DNA of 64,000 nt from contig OX597832.1 in NCBI GenBank assembly GCA_951406725.2, positions 23,994,001 through 24,058,000 on the forward strand, written 5' to 3'. This DNA comes from Octopus vulgaris (taxonomy: Eukaryota). Numbering within the stretch: position 1 is the first letter of the stretch; every line of letters starts with the position of its first letter. The position numbers and the translations under genes were made by a program. Below are positions 1 to 11,645 of the stretch, one piece after another. Under the pieces are notes generated by a model. That model saw only the letters and a list, made by a program, of their open reading frames with translations. It had not been told where the DNA came from and did not search any database.

Positions 1-425
1 TGGTGGGTGCCTTTTAAGTGTCACTAGCACTGGCCACAACTGTGATCTTACTTGGCTTAACATGTCTTCTCAAGCACAGCAAATCATCAAAGGTCTCGAT
101 CTCTCATCATCACCTCCATGAAAAGCAACATCCAAAAATCATACGTCACCACCACATCCCATGTCTTCCTGGGACAAGGTGGTGAAGCATGGTCGTCGGA
201 TGTTGAGTCACATGGAGGCTACCAAATCCGCTCACAAGGCTTTGGTTGGCCTATGGCTGTAATAGAAGACAATTATCCAAGGTCCCATGTAATGGGACTG
301 AACCTAAGACCACATGACTAAAAGGCAAGCTTCTTAACCCCAAAGCCACACTTGTACCTAACAAGAGACAGAAAAATACCAACAAAAAGAAATGCAAAAA
401 CAAGACTTAAAAGTGGTTCGTTTAC

Positions 426-603
426 CTTCGTTGTACTCTTCTCTATCTACAACAACGATATTTTTCAGGTCCACAAATTTCACATGTCCGTTTTGATCGA
501 CTACAAAATCACTGGGTTTCAAACTTGTCCAATATAAAGAAAAATTAGATGGATTTTCTGTGAGGAAATTAGCGATTTTCATCACTTGGTAGGCCAGGTC
601 ATA
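426..603 (-). CDS. DIPK2A: DIPK2A-like divergent protein kinase, internal coding exon (gene continues beyond the left edge)
   Basis: cttacag|TAT...GAAG|gtaaa. Encodes YDLAYQVMKIANFLTENPSNFSLYWTSLKPSDFVVDQNGHVKFVDLKNIVVVDR, collinear with the DIPK2A/C3orf58 kinase C-lobe. In frame with exon 2458-2580. Confidence 0.85.
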
Positions 604-653
604 CTGTAAGGCAATACATAACAATAGAGTGAATATAAATACAATTACATATA

Positions 654-949
654 TCTTTATATATAAAACTGAAGTTGTGTGTGTGAGTGTCTGTCTACTC
701 TGATTTAGATTCCTAACCACTCCCACATTTTGCGGTGCAGTTTAACCAAAAGTGGGTATCTTATAGTCGTGATTCATATCGAGCCCTTCTGGGTATTAGC
801 GCACGTCTATGATGAGTCTACGATTAAAAAAAAATTTACCATCATTTTTCCGCATTTTTGCTCGGTTTATATAAGGGAAGTAACTCTCTAAAAATGCTTA
901 TATAGTTATTTCCCTTACAAATCCGAGCAACGCCGGGTGATACTGCTAG
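654..949 (+). mobile_element. Non-autonomous Helitron-like element
   Basis: 5' a|TCtttatatataaa; 3' short hairpin ccgagcaacgccggg then CTAG|t. A|T insertion site with no TSD. Confidence 0.6.
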
Positions 950-1006
950 TAAATAATAAAATGATAAGAAGCAGTACAAAAAGACCAACATAGAAATGAA
1001 ATATTT

Positions 1007-1330
1007 TATTCTTTTACTTGTTTCAGTCATTTGACTGCGGCCATGCTGGTGCACCGCCTTTAGTTGAACAAATAGACCCCAGGACTTATTCTATCATCAG
1101 ACTCTTTTACTGAACTGCTAAGTTATGGGGATGTAAGTAAACACACCGCCATCAGTTGTCAAGCATTGGTACAGGGGACAAAAACACACACATCTTATTG
1201 GTTTCTTTCAGTTTCCATCTACCAAATCCACTCACAAGGCTTTGGTCGGTCCAAGGTGCCATGCAATGGGACCAAACCTGGAACCATGTGGCTGGTAAGC
1301 AAGCTACTTACCACATAGCCACTCCTGTAC
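1007..1330 (-). mobile_element. tRNA-derived SINE, family A
   Basis: Reverse complement of the ggctgtgtggtaag...gactgaaacaagtaaaag element seen many times in the window. Confidence 0.75.
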
Positions 1331-1339
1331 CTATTGGGG

Positions 1340-1693
1340 GAGGCATGGTTGTGTGGTAAGAAACTTGCTTCTCAACCACTTGATTCTGGGTTCAGTCCCA
1401 CTCTGCAGCACCTTGGGCAAGTGTCTTCTACTATAACCATGAGCCAACCTAAGTCCTTGTGTGAGTGGATTTGGTAGATGGAAACTGAAAGAAGCTCATT
1501 GTATTTACGCCCCCCCCTCCCGCTCGACAACTGGTGTTGTTGCGTTTGCATCCCCGTAAGTTAGCAGTTTGGCAAAAGAGACCGATAGAGTAAGTACCAA
1601 GCATAAAAAAAGTACTGGTCTTGATTCATTCGACTAAGAAATCAAGGCAGTGCTCCAGCATGGCTGCCATCTAATGACTGGAACAAGTAAAAG
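1340..1693 (+). mobile_element. tRNA-derived SINE, family A
   Basis: A-box-like tggttgtgtggtaag, B-box-like ggttcagtccc, shared body and tail. Confidence 0.75.
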
Positions 1694-1761
1694 ATAACTA
1701 AAGCAAGTAGCATTGTACCAAGGCACTTCTGAAGGGTAGAGGTAGAATTTGAACTTATGAT

Positions 1762-2082
1762 CAAGTGGTTGTTGTTTTGTTGTTTGTCCCTTCTCGAGCC
1801 ATGCCTGGCTCATTAGGGCCGGTTTCCCGGTTTCCTTGGTGTATAGGTTCCCCACCTGGATGGGACGCTGGTCCATTGCAGGTGAGCTGCAAGATGCGGG
1901 AGGAAAGAGTGAGAGAAAGTCGTGGCGGAAGAGTCAGCAGAAGTTTCGCCATTACCTTCAGCCGGAGCCACGTGGAGCTTAGGTGTTTCATTCATAAACA
2001 CACATCGTCCGGTCTGAGATTCGAACCCGCGATCCCTCGACTGCAAGTCCACTGCTCTAACCACTAGGCCATGTACCTCCAC
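1762..2082 (-). mobile_element. tRNA-derived SINE, family D
   Basis: Minus-strand tRNA-like head (ggcctagtggttagagcag...gggttcgaatctc). Related head at 19840-19937. Confidence 0.6.
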
Positions 2083-2211
2083 ATGATCAAGTGGTTGATT
2101 AGACAGAATCTCAATCTCACAGCCACTGCAACTCAATTAGCAATTGATTTATTCAATTGTTAAAGGAAATATTGATTAATTAAAATAATAATAATGATAC
2201 ATTAAACACTA

Positions 2212-2390
2212 TCATCATCATCATTTAGCGACCGTTTTCCATGCTAGCATGGGTTGGACGGTTCTACTGGGGTCTGTGAAGCCAGAAGGCTTCATCAGGC
2301 CCAGTCAAATCTGGCAGTGTTTCTACGGCTGGATGCCCTTCCTAACGCCAACCACTCCGTGAGTGTAGTGGGTGCTTTTTACGTGCCACC
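2212..2390 (-). mobile_element. Family C retroposon fragment with (GAT)n tail
   Basis: Essentially identical to 42130-42300; recurrent aacccatgctagcatggaaaacgg..gatgatgat end. Confidence 0.75.
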
Positions 2391-2457
2391 CAATATATTT
2401 TATTTAATAAAACATTTAATAAAACAGAAAACCAAAAAGCAAATCTCAGTTACTTAC

Positions 2458-2580
2458 TCGTTTCTGTAGAGGTGCCTGATGAAAATTCTGCAAACTTTCA
2501 CCACAGTTTTCCAAAAGAACAAAACGTCCACAAGCTCCAATATATGAAGGAAATGGCCACCCTGCAGATGCTGGAAATGT
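2458..2580 (-). CDS. DIPK2A: DIPK2A-like, internal coding exon
   Basis: ttttttttag|ACA...CGA|gtaagt, 123 nt. Encodes TFPASAGWPFPSYIGACGRFVLLENCGESLQNFHQAPLQKR, containing the family motif GWPFxxYxGACGR. Confidence 0.9.
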
Positions 2581-2898
2581 CTAAAAAAAATTTAAAAGAA
2601 ACAGTTGTTATTCAAAAGATATCACCATCACCATCTTACTATCAAGAATTTGGTTCTGTTGAATTTGTGTCACCGTTTCCCATGCTGACATAGGTTGGAC
2701 GGTTCGACAAGAGATGGCCAGCTGGAGAGCTGCCTGGGCCCCATGTCTGGTTTGATATGGTTTCTACGACTGGATGCCCTTCTTAATGCCAACCATTCTA
2801 CAGCATGAACTGGGTGCTTTTATACATGGCACCAACATCCCCAAAATAAATATAAAGCATTCATATGAATTGTTTTAAGTGGTGATCAATTGTGGTTA

Positions 2899-3067
2899 TA
2901 AGATCCACACCATGCCATCACCTACTGAAAGGTACCTCCTTAAGATCCACACCATGTCGTCACCTACTGAAAGGTACCTCCTTAAGATCCACACCATGTC
3001 GTCAACTACTGAAAGGTACCTCCTTAAGATCCACACCATGTCGTCACCTACTGAATGGTACCTACTT
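2899..3067. repeat. Tandem repeat, 4 x 42 bp
   Basis: Unit taagatccacaccatgtcgtcacctactgaaaggtacctcct starts at 2899, 2941, 2983 and 3025. Confidence 0.9.
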
Positions 3068-3236
3068 AACCCTTTTGATACCAACCCGGCTGAAACCAGC
3101 TCTGGCTCTGAGTACAAATGTCTAGCTAGGGTTGAGATGTTTGACTAAGCCCTTTGAGATGGGGACCCAGCATGGTTGTGGTCCAGTGAGTAAAAGGAGG
3201 AGAATAAATAAAAATAAATAAAAGACGAAAGATTAC

Positions 3237-3923
3237 CTGTAGCATTAATGGCTCTGAACTAATCATAGCCGTTATCAGAATCTGTATTTTATCAACTGCA
3301 TAGAAAAATGTTGTCTCGTATGTGTACTTCTCCAGGTAATGTTTCAGTAGTCGATCAAAAAGGCGGCGAGACGGACAGTAAAACATATCGTTAACACCTC
3401 TCAGGTGATCCACTTGTAATTCATGCTGTCGAACTTGAGAGACAAGATCCGCTTTAACAACAACCCTTGCAACGTCACAACCAGGAATTCTTCGAGCACT
3501 GCGGCAGATTTTGTCGTCTAAGTCCTTCAACACATCATCTGCTACTAGCTTTTTTAAAACAACATCTTTCCCATTTAATTTGCCATAGTGGAAATTCTTA
3601 GAGTTTAAATAGTCAAAAGACCGAATCCTTGAAAGCGTGCCAGTGAAGTGGGCATCGCCTCTGAATAGAGGAAGGCATATGCTGGAACCGTAGCATGCAG
3701 GGCACGTGTCAGCTTGTATGTAGGTAAATTCACGGAGCCTGTTTGACACCTGATGCCACAGCATTATAATGTATGCAACAAGAAGCGAGAAAGCAAGGAG
3801 AACAAAGAGGCATTTAGTTTTCAAAGAAAGACTTTGAAATTTCTTTGATGTCGAAGAGATTGCCGATTCTATGATTGATTTGTTCTTGTGCCGTTGGCGG
3901 AGACCATCCTGAGGACGATTCAT
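3237..3923 (-). CDS. DIPK2A: DIPK2A-like, first coding exon (229 codons)
   Basis: ATG at 3923, hydrophobic TM-like stretch, CPACYGSSIC motif, VVLKKL, CPSRRL, EPLMLQ|gtaatc donor. A 5'UTR acceptor ttttccag| precedes 4005. Confidence 0.9.
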
Positions 3924-4439
3924 TCTGCTCTCTCTTTTTTTCTGTCTCTCTGTCTCATTTATTCTGTCAGTTTCCAGAAATGAAACTGTAATCTATCTAC
4001 AACTCCTGGAAAATGAGAAAAAAAAAAAAAATTAACGTGAATTTATAACTTACATTTAGGTATTCTTTGCAGAGGGGGAAAAAAAAACACACAAAAACAA
4101 AAAAAAAAAACATTAAGATGCAGACGTGGTCATGTGGTTAAGAAGCTGGCTTTGCAACCATAAGTTTTTGGGTTCAGTCCCACAGCACTTTGGGCTGACC
4201 AATGCCTTGTGAGTGAATTTTTGTAGGTGGAAATTGTGTAGAAGCCCGTCACGTATATGCATGAGTGATTGTCTTTGTGTTTGTTCCCCCACACTGCTTA
4301 ATGACAGGTGGTTTGTTCACATCCCTGTAAATTAGTAGGTCATCAAAAGAAACCGATAAAATAGGCACCAGACTTTGAGGTGGAGCCCCAGCATGGCCTG
4401 GTCCAACGACTGGAACAAAACTACCATTTCAGAAATACA

Positions 4440-4535
4440 GTTGCAAAGTCTTTATTCCATTTGCTGCGCCAAATGTAAGCTATGGACACATAAAAGGTGC
4501 AGAGGAATCACAGGTAGATTAACAGATAAAGTTGT
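4440..4535 (+). mobile_element. RTE-type LINE ORF fragment
   Basis: Translates SICCAKCKLWTHKRCRGITGRL, a CxxCxxWxHxRC segment typical of RTE-clade ORFs. Short and isolated. Confidence 0.5.
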
Positions 4536-5529
4536 GGAAGAGGGAGACCCACCAATCTCAGGATGTTAGGGCTCACGGAGGAAATGACAACGGACAGAGA
4601 TGTCTGGTAGTAAGAGGTTCTTCAGAAGACCCACCAATGTTGGCAAAACTGAGGTCCAAAAGCGCTGTGTTCCACCCACATTTAACAATAGAACTTTGCA
4701 CACACCCTACCCCAACAAACCAAACTACATCTCTTCCTCCAAACTGCATCGCTTCTCTTCCTCACATTTCTATCATACATCATGATTATCACCCACCCCC
4801 TAATCCTGTCCTTCTTTGGCAATGCCCTGCCATTTACATTATGACAGTCGTACCTTGAGGGTGTACCCCGGCACTTGCCACTCTCTCTCTCTCTTCCTTT
4901 ACCATTCCATCTATGTTCTGATTCCTGTTCCTTGTGAGTTTGCCCTGGCACTTCGCCATCATCTCTCTCCTTCTCTTGCTCTTCCCTCTGCCTGGGTAAC
5001 CATGTAACTCCTTTACAGTACCACACCGGTTTCTGTCCTCATTTCCAATCACTCTCTCTCTCTCACTGACCAGGTAACCATGTACCCCCTCTACAGCAAC
5101 ATACCTGTCTCCCTCTCTCTATTTGTTAATTGGTGACCCTGCCAGTGCTGGTGCCATGTAAAAGCATCCAGTCCACACTATAAAGTAGCTGATGTTTGGA
5201 AGGGTATCCAGCTGCAAAACCATGCCAAAACTGACATCACCTGCGCTGGTGCCACATAAAATGCACTTTGGTTCACTCTGCAGAATGGTTGGAGCTAGGA
5301 AAGGCATCCTGCTGTAAAAACCACATCAAAACAGACACAAAAGTCTGGTGCGGCTCTTCTATCTTGCCAGCTCCTGCCAAACTGTCGAACCCATGCCAGC
5401 ATGGACAACAGATGTTAAACAACAATAATTTATTGGCATTGTGTGTGTGTATTGTATATAGTGATTGACAATTTAAAGTCTATTTCTCACCTTATTGGCA
5501 CAGAAATTTTTGCCTTTATAATTATAATT

Positions 5530-5530
5530 A

Positions 5531-5564
<34 letters not shown>

Positions 5565-5770
5565 CATACATACATACACACACACACATATATATACACA
5601 TACATATGTAGATAGATATATATATATGTGTATATATATATATATATATGTATGTAGATAGATATATATATGTAGATATATGAACATACAAATATACATA
5701 TATGTGTACAAACAAATATACATATATATCTACATACATATATATACACACACACATATATATATATATA
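5530..5770. repeat. (TA/CA/TG)n microsatellite
   Basis: Direct inspection; source of spurious IYIY ORFs. Confidence 0.95.
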
Positions 5771-6028
5771 TTTCCAGTAATACACCTAATTACCTTTTGG
5801 ACATACGCTTTTTATATACATCTGTAATGACTTTCTTATTGCTGATGTTGTTCCCTACAAAGGAACAAATTAAATTCCTTCCCAAAAAAATAGCACTTCA
5901 TATTCAAGGCTCTGGTGAAGTCACAAGGTGTTATTCAGGCCACTCAACTAGGAGTCCACTGCATCTTATGGCAGAAACAGTGGTAAGCTAACAAAGTTCA
6001 TATGATGATAATTTATTCCTTTGTCATC

Positions 6029-6068
<40 letters not shown>

Positions 6069-6082
6069 GCAAGCCTATTGCG

Positions 6083-6413
6083 AAGTAATGTTTATCGCCA
6101 CCTACTGTGCTTGTTGCAAGATCAGTGAGTGGTTGACACTTATTTTTTCTCTATACTGCAGGCTGGAGCGAACTACTGCTGTCTCTAGAGGACAGCTGTC
6201 CATCACTAAGAAAGAGGGCAATTGACTCGAAACAGGACAGCCTGGTGGTTCTGTCATCATTGCTCAAAGATGATGGGGTTTTGCTTCCCTGCTTGCAATA
6301 TAAATCAGGTGCAAATTGCATCAACAACCAGCAGGAGCTGTCCTCCTGGAGTTAAAAATGGCAGTAATGTCGGTTCCTACAGAACAGCCATGTTGAAGTG
6401 GTAATAAACATTA

Positions 6414-6416
<3 letters not shown>
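6083..6416. mobile_element. TIR-bounded non-autonomous element (MITE-like) between TA microsatellites
   Basis: 19-bp inverted ends aagtaatgtttatcgccac / gtggtaataaacattactt (2 mismatches). Confidence 0.55.
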
Positions 6417-6450
<34 letters not shown>

Positions 6451-6453
<3 letters not shown>

Positions 6454-6811
6454 AATAGGAGTGGTTGTGTGGTAAGTAGCTTGCTTATGAACCACATTGT
6501 TCTGGGTTCAGTCCCACTGCATGGCACCTTGGGCAAGTGTCTTCTACTATAGCCCTGGGCCAACAAAAGCCTTGTGAGTGGGTTTGGTAGACGGAAACTA
6601 AGAAAAGCCCATCATATATATGTGTGTCTGTGTTTGTTGCCTCCCATCGCCTGACAACTGATGTTGGTGTGTTTATGTCCTCATAACTTAGCAGTTTGGC
6701 AAAAGAGGCCGATAGAACAAGTACAAGGCTTACAAAGCGTAAGTATTGGGATCAATTTGTTCAACTAAAAGTGGTGCTCCAGCATGGCTGCAGTCAAATG
6801 ACTGAAACAAG

Positions 6812-6812
<1 letters not shown>
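6451..6812 (+). mobile_element. SINE family A
   Basis: Full head-to-tail match to other copies. Confidence 0.75.
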
Positions 6813-6859
<47 letters not shown>

Positions 6860-7459
6860 ACACACCAAAAGACTCACCAGTGACTGTCTTTAATGGTATT
6901 ATCTGAGGTTCTAATCTCCACAATCAACCACATTAGTCTGGTTTCCTTTTATTACAATACATAATACATTATAAGTGCAGCTGTGGCCATATGGTGAGTA
7001 GCCTGCTTCCCAACCACATGGTTTTAGGTTCAATCCCTCAGTGTGGCACCTTCAGAAAATGTCCCCTCCTGTAATCCTGGCCCAATCAAAGAAAAAGCTT
7101 TGTGAGTGGATTTGGTAGGTAGAAACTGAAAGAAGCCCATCATACATATGTGTGTGTGTGTCTCTTCATCTTAACATTGTGTGACAAATAATCTGTGAAA
7201 ACATGTCTGTCCAATGAGGAAATATCACCTTGCTTGAAAACAGGTGAGGATTGACAACAGAAAGGGCAATTAGCCATAGAATATCTACCTCATTAAACTC
7301 TGACCAGCCCCATTCAAGCATGGAACAGTTGTTAAAATGATGATGGTGCACATACATGTATCTCATGAACCAACAAGGAAGACCTCAAAAACCTCGGCCA
7401 AATCTGTTAAATTATTGATTTTAAAAACTGAGAAGGGTATTTTTAAAAATGTAGTCATA

Positions 7460-7847
7460 GGCGCAGGAGTGGCTGTGTGGTAAGTAGCTTGCTTACCAAC
7501 CACATGGTTCGGGTTCAGTCCCACTGCGTGGCACTTTGGATAAGTGTCTTCTCCTACAGCCTCGGGCCAACCAATGCCTTGTGAGTGGATTTGGTAGACG
7601 GAAACTGAAAGAAGCCCATCATATATATGTATATATATATGTGTGTGTGACTATGTTTGTGTGTCTGTGTTTGTCCCCCCAACATCGCTTGACAACCGAT
7701 GCTGGTGTGTTTACGTCCCCATCACTTAGCGGTTCGGCAAAAGAGACCGATAGAATAAGTACTGGGCTTACAAAGAATAAGCCCCGGGGTCGATTTGCTC
7801 GACTAAAGGCGGTGCTCCAGCATGGCCGCAGTTAAATGACTGAAACA
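7460..7847 (+). mobile_element. SINE family A, near full length
   Basis: ggcgcaggagtggctgtgtggtaag head, ggttcagtccc B-box-like motif, gactgaaaca tail. Confidence 0.85.
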
Positions 7848-7950
7848 AAAATGTAATGAGTGACGGGATGGTGATAGCTGGAAAAACCTTTAATCGTAAA
7901 TCTATTTGGAGTTAGATCGGATCTGGGGCTAAACAACATCATGAGATTAA

Positions 7951-8169
7951 CCCTTTAGTATTTAAACCGGCCATATCTGGCCAAAATAGCTAATCTGTTT
8001 TATGTTCAAACTGACCACATCCAGGCTCTCACACCTACCCTACAATGTTATTCTACATTAAGTAATTACACCATCAAGATCTTGAAGATATGAGATAATG
8101 CATGATTAATTCAAATCAATGGGAATCAATAGGCATTATGTGTGATTGAATAATCTGAACTCTAAAGGG
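7951..8169. mobile_element. TTAA-flanked MITE (piggyBac-like ends)
   Basis: ttaa|ccctttag...ctaaaggg|ttaa; near-identical copy at 55097-55314. Confidence 0.75.
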
Positions 8170-8736
8170 TTAAATAAACTGTCTTGTACATACAAGTGAC
8201 TTTGTGACATTTTCACAGAGTAAATAACCGGGATTGAAACTATACCGCTAGAAGTAATGATCTCTGTTCTTTGGAGACGACTGGCCTTGCATGATACTTG
8301 TGTATGAACTGTGATGCTGCATGGTAGAGACGTTTGTCCTGCTTGGAGAGGACGAGCAGAAGAGGAAAAAAAAACAACAGCACTGGTATGGACATGTGAT
8401 GCATATGAAGGGTGAAGAAGGAAACCAAGGAGAGATTGGGGTGATGTAATGAAGACTGATCTCAGGATGGACTGAAATGAAACGTTAGCACGCTGGGCAA
8501 AATGCTTAGCAGCATTTCGTCTGCCGTTACGTTCTGAGTTCAAAATCTGCCGAGGTCATCCTTTCGGAGCCGATAAATTAAGTGCCAGTTACGCACTGGG
8601 GTCAATCTAATCAATGTACTTTGTATATTGACCTGCCTGATTTGCTTATCTTACCTCTCTACCCACTCAAGTTTAAACATCTTGAGCACTACCACGTGTA
8701 TTCTTCTATACAGAATATATCTGATTCTCATCTATG

Positions 8737-8777
<41 letters not shown>

Positions 8778-9764
8778 TTAGAAGTACCTTGGGGTATATA
8801 AACAAATTCGAATGCAACACTCACAGTTTGTGGATGTGTGTTTGCCGGATTGAATGGTACAGCCCAGGTGTTGAAACCATAGCGATATCCGGAAGGGCAG
8901 CTGATGATGGATGTGTGTTCAATTGTTGGTATACCTGTTAGTGTATGTGCAGAATAGTTTTTTAAGACATCCATTGTTTGTTTGCTTGTGTGTGTATCCA
9001 CCCATCCATCCTATGATTGTGCTCTGCAGACAGAAGCCAGTACCGACAAATAGCTTACTATATTTTCCACAGGTCCCATAATAATGTTGATATTACTCTC
9101 TCTCTTTACTCTTTTACTTGTTTCAGTCAGTTGACTGTGGCCATGCTGAAGCACCGCCTTTAGTCGAGCAACTCGACCCCGGGACTTATTCTTTGTAAGC
9201 CCAGTACTTATTCTATCGGTCTCTTTTGCCGAACCGCTAAGTTATGGGGACATAAGCACACCAGCATCGGTTGTCAAGCAATGCTAGGGGGACAAACACA
9301 GACACACAAACATACACGCACACATATATACATACACTAAAAAATATATAATATATATTTTAAACAAATGAAATCCTCATCATAATCACTTTAATGATGT
9401 TAATTAAAACCCCCAAAATTTCCATATTTCATTTTAGTGCCTTTTTTTCTGTTTTGGCATTGTTAGTAGACACTGGTGTTCCAAACAACGTCATTGTTAT
9501 TTAAACCTAGGCCTGTCTTGATTGAGTTAACCTATGACCCCAGGTATTCTATTTTCTCTTTTTACCTCAGATACAAGGCATCGAGCATTACATTATCAAA
9601 TGTGTCCATCATTCATTATTTTTAAAAAATAAGGTGTGTTTTCAGGGAGATGCAAGTGTTACACCTAGCAGGGCAAGGAACCAGTTTCGTTTGGTGAGCG
9701 GACCATAACATGAATTACTGTGACAAAATAATCAGAATTTAGTCCAGCACTTTAATTAACCACA

Positions 9765-10085
9765 TCATAGTCATCATTGTTTAACGTCCATTTTCCAGGC
9801 TAGCATGGGTTGGACGGTTCGACCGGGGTCTGGGAAGTCAGGAGGCTGCACCAGGCTCCAGTCTGATCTGGCAGTGTTTCTACAGCTGGATGCCCTTCCT
9901 AACACCAACCACTCAATGAGTGTAGCGGGTGCTTTTTACGTGCCACCGGCGCAGGGGCCAGAGCAGGCTGGCAAACGGCCACAATCGGTTGGTGCTTTTA
10001 CGTGTCACCAACACGGATGCCAGTCAGGCGGCACTAGCAACTGCCACGTTCGAATGGTGCTTTTAACTTGTCACTGGCACAGGTA
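9765..10085 (-). mobile_element. Family C retroposon
   Basis: Matches other family C copies. Confidence 0.7.
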
Positions 10086-11099
10086 TATTAACCACAATAT
10101 AATGCATAAATATGAGAAGAAATAAAGTTAAGAAGATGGTTCTCTGTTGATTCCTATGATGTGGTGACATCAGAGCCTGATTTGGCTCCCTAATCCTATT
10201 TACAATTGCTAGTGTAGCAGTCACTGCTATTTCCAGCTGCTTGGTATCTGTCAATAACAGTACCAAAGTAGGCCAAAATCACAGGATTTGGTAGTCCGGA
10301 CAGCTCCCTAACTACAGCTTTCTCGATACCACTTTTCTTACTGACCATAATTTCACCCTTCATCTACTAATAATGTTATCTTCTCCACCCTCACTTCCAC
10401 CGAATACTCACCCTTCCTCCTAAGTCAACAAATATCCTCTTCCACCACCATATCCCTTGGCCTCCTCATGCATAAAGCCTGCCACCTCCTCCTTTCCTCA
10501 CTCAACATTATCACTGTCTCTCATCCATCTCCTGTTTCATCATTACTATTCCTCTGTTCATCAGTCAGTCATCTTCTCCTTCCCTCCTTTCCCACCACTC
10601 TATGGTAGCCACACTTGGTCACTCCCGACCGCTCTTTTAAAACACAAGCACTTCCTGAGTGTTAAATTAATACATTTGTTTGTTGCCTCCACCACCTGTC
10701 TTCATCCTTTGTTTTTCTTGTGAATTCTCCGCCTATATATATATATATATATATATATAGCTGGCAGGAACGTTAGCACGTGTGAACTGTTCCCCTAAAT
10801 TGATTCAATATAGAAATAACGGACTTTTTAAAAAAATTCTATTGGCTGGCTTTCCTCAATTTCAGCTCTTCGTGTTTTCTGTAGCGAGTAAATAATATGT
10901 GGAAATTGACGATTTAAAAGTCTGTTATGAGCATATATTTATAAGTTTAACCGTAAAGGTATTTTAATATGCTGCCACATTTTTTGATGGAATTATTTTT
11001 CTGTAAAAAAACTTCATCCTATAATAGTAGTAGTATATATATGTATATATATATATAAATACATACATACACACACATACATATATATCTACAACATAT

Positions 11100-11645
11100 G
11101 TGGAAAATTCTGACTGTGGGTGTGTTCGGATTGTCTTGCACAGGAGCCATCCAGACTCCCGTCTTCACTGTGAGCAGGGATTAATCTCACTTCACTCCTT
11201 TGTGCCACATGGGCCAAACTCTCCTCTCTTCCTCCCACCCACCTTCTCCTTTCATCATTACCCCACCATCCCTATACATCCCATCTCTCAGACCACACCC
11301 CCCAGCACTTACACATGCACACACGCACGTCAAGGTCACCAGCCCCCTTACACATGCACATACATGCTCTCACACAAGCATGTGCACCTTTGTTTTAGGA
11401 TCACCACTACTTTATTATCTCCCCTTCTTCCTAGCTCTCCTGTGTGACCCCCCTCTATCCGGCATTTGCCATGATAGATCGCTAGCCACTATACCTTTTC
11501 TATTTTCTCTCCGTTTATTTCTGTGTTCCTTTCTGTCAAAGAGCGCAGGCTCAAAGCGTAAAAGACCATCACTTCCTGAGCGTTAAACTAATAAATCTGT
11601 TTGTTGTTTACACACCCATCTTCGTCTTTTGTAAATTGTCACCAT
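11100..11645 (+). mobile_element. Penelope-like element 3' relic (GIY-YIG tail plus decayed hammerhead)
   Basis: ORF remnant DSRLHCEQGLISLHSFVPHGPNS resembles the PLE GIY-YIG C-terminal R..EQ.LI..L....P.GLN motif. Downstream gagc-gcag-gctc-aaagcgta resembles a decayed minimal hammerhead. Similar tail at 10649-10735. TA-repeat flanks. Confidence 0.55.

Noticed and set aside
6195-6241. Hammerhead-like gag..ctcGAAAC inside the TIR element
   Set aside because: No CUGANGA (reads ctaagaa) and no NUH site.
7460-7540. tRNA genes at SINE heads (also 1990-2082 and 19860-19937)
   Set aside because: They have A/B-box motifs but continue into repeat bodies; treated as tRNA-derived SINE heads.
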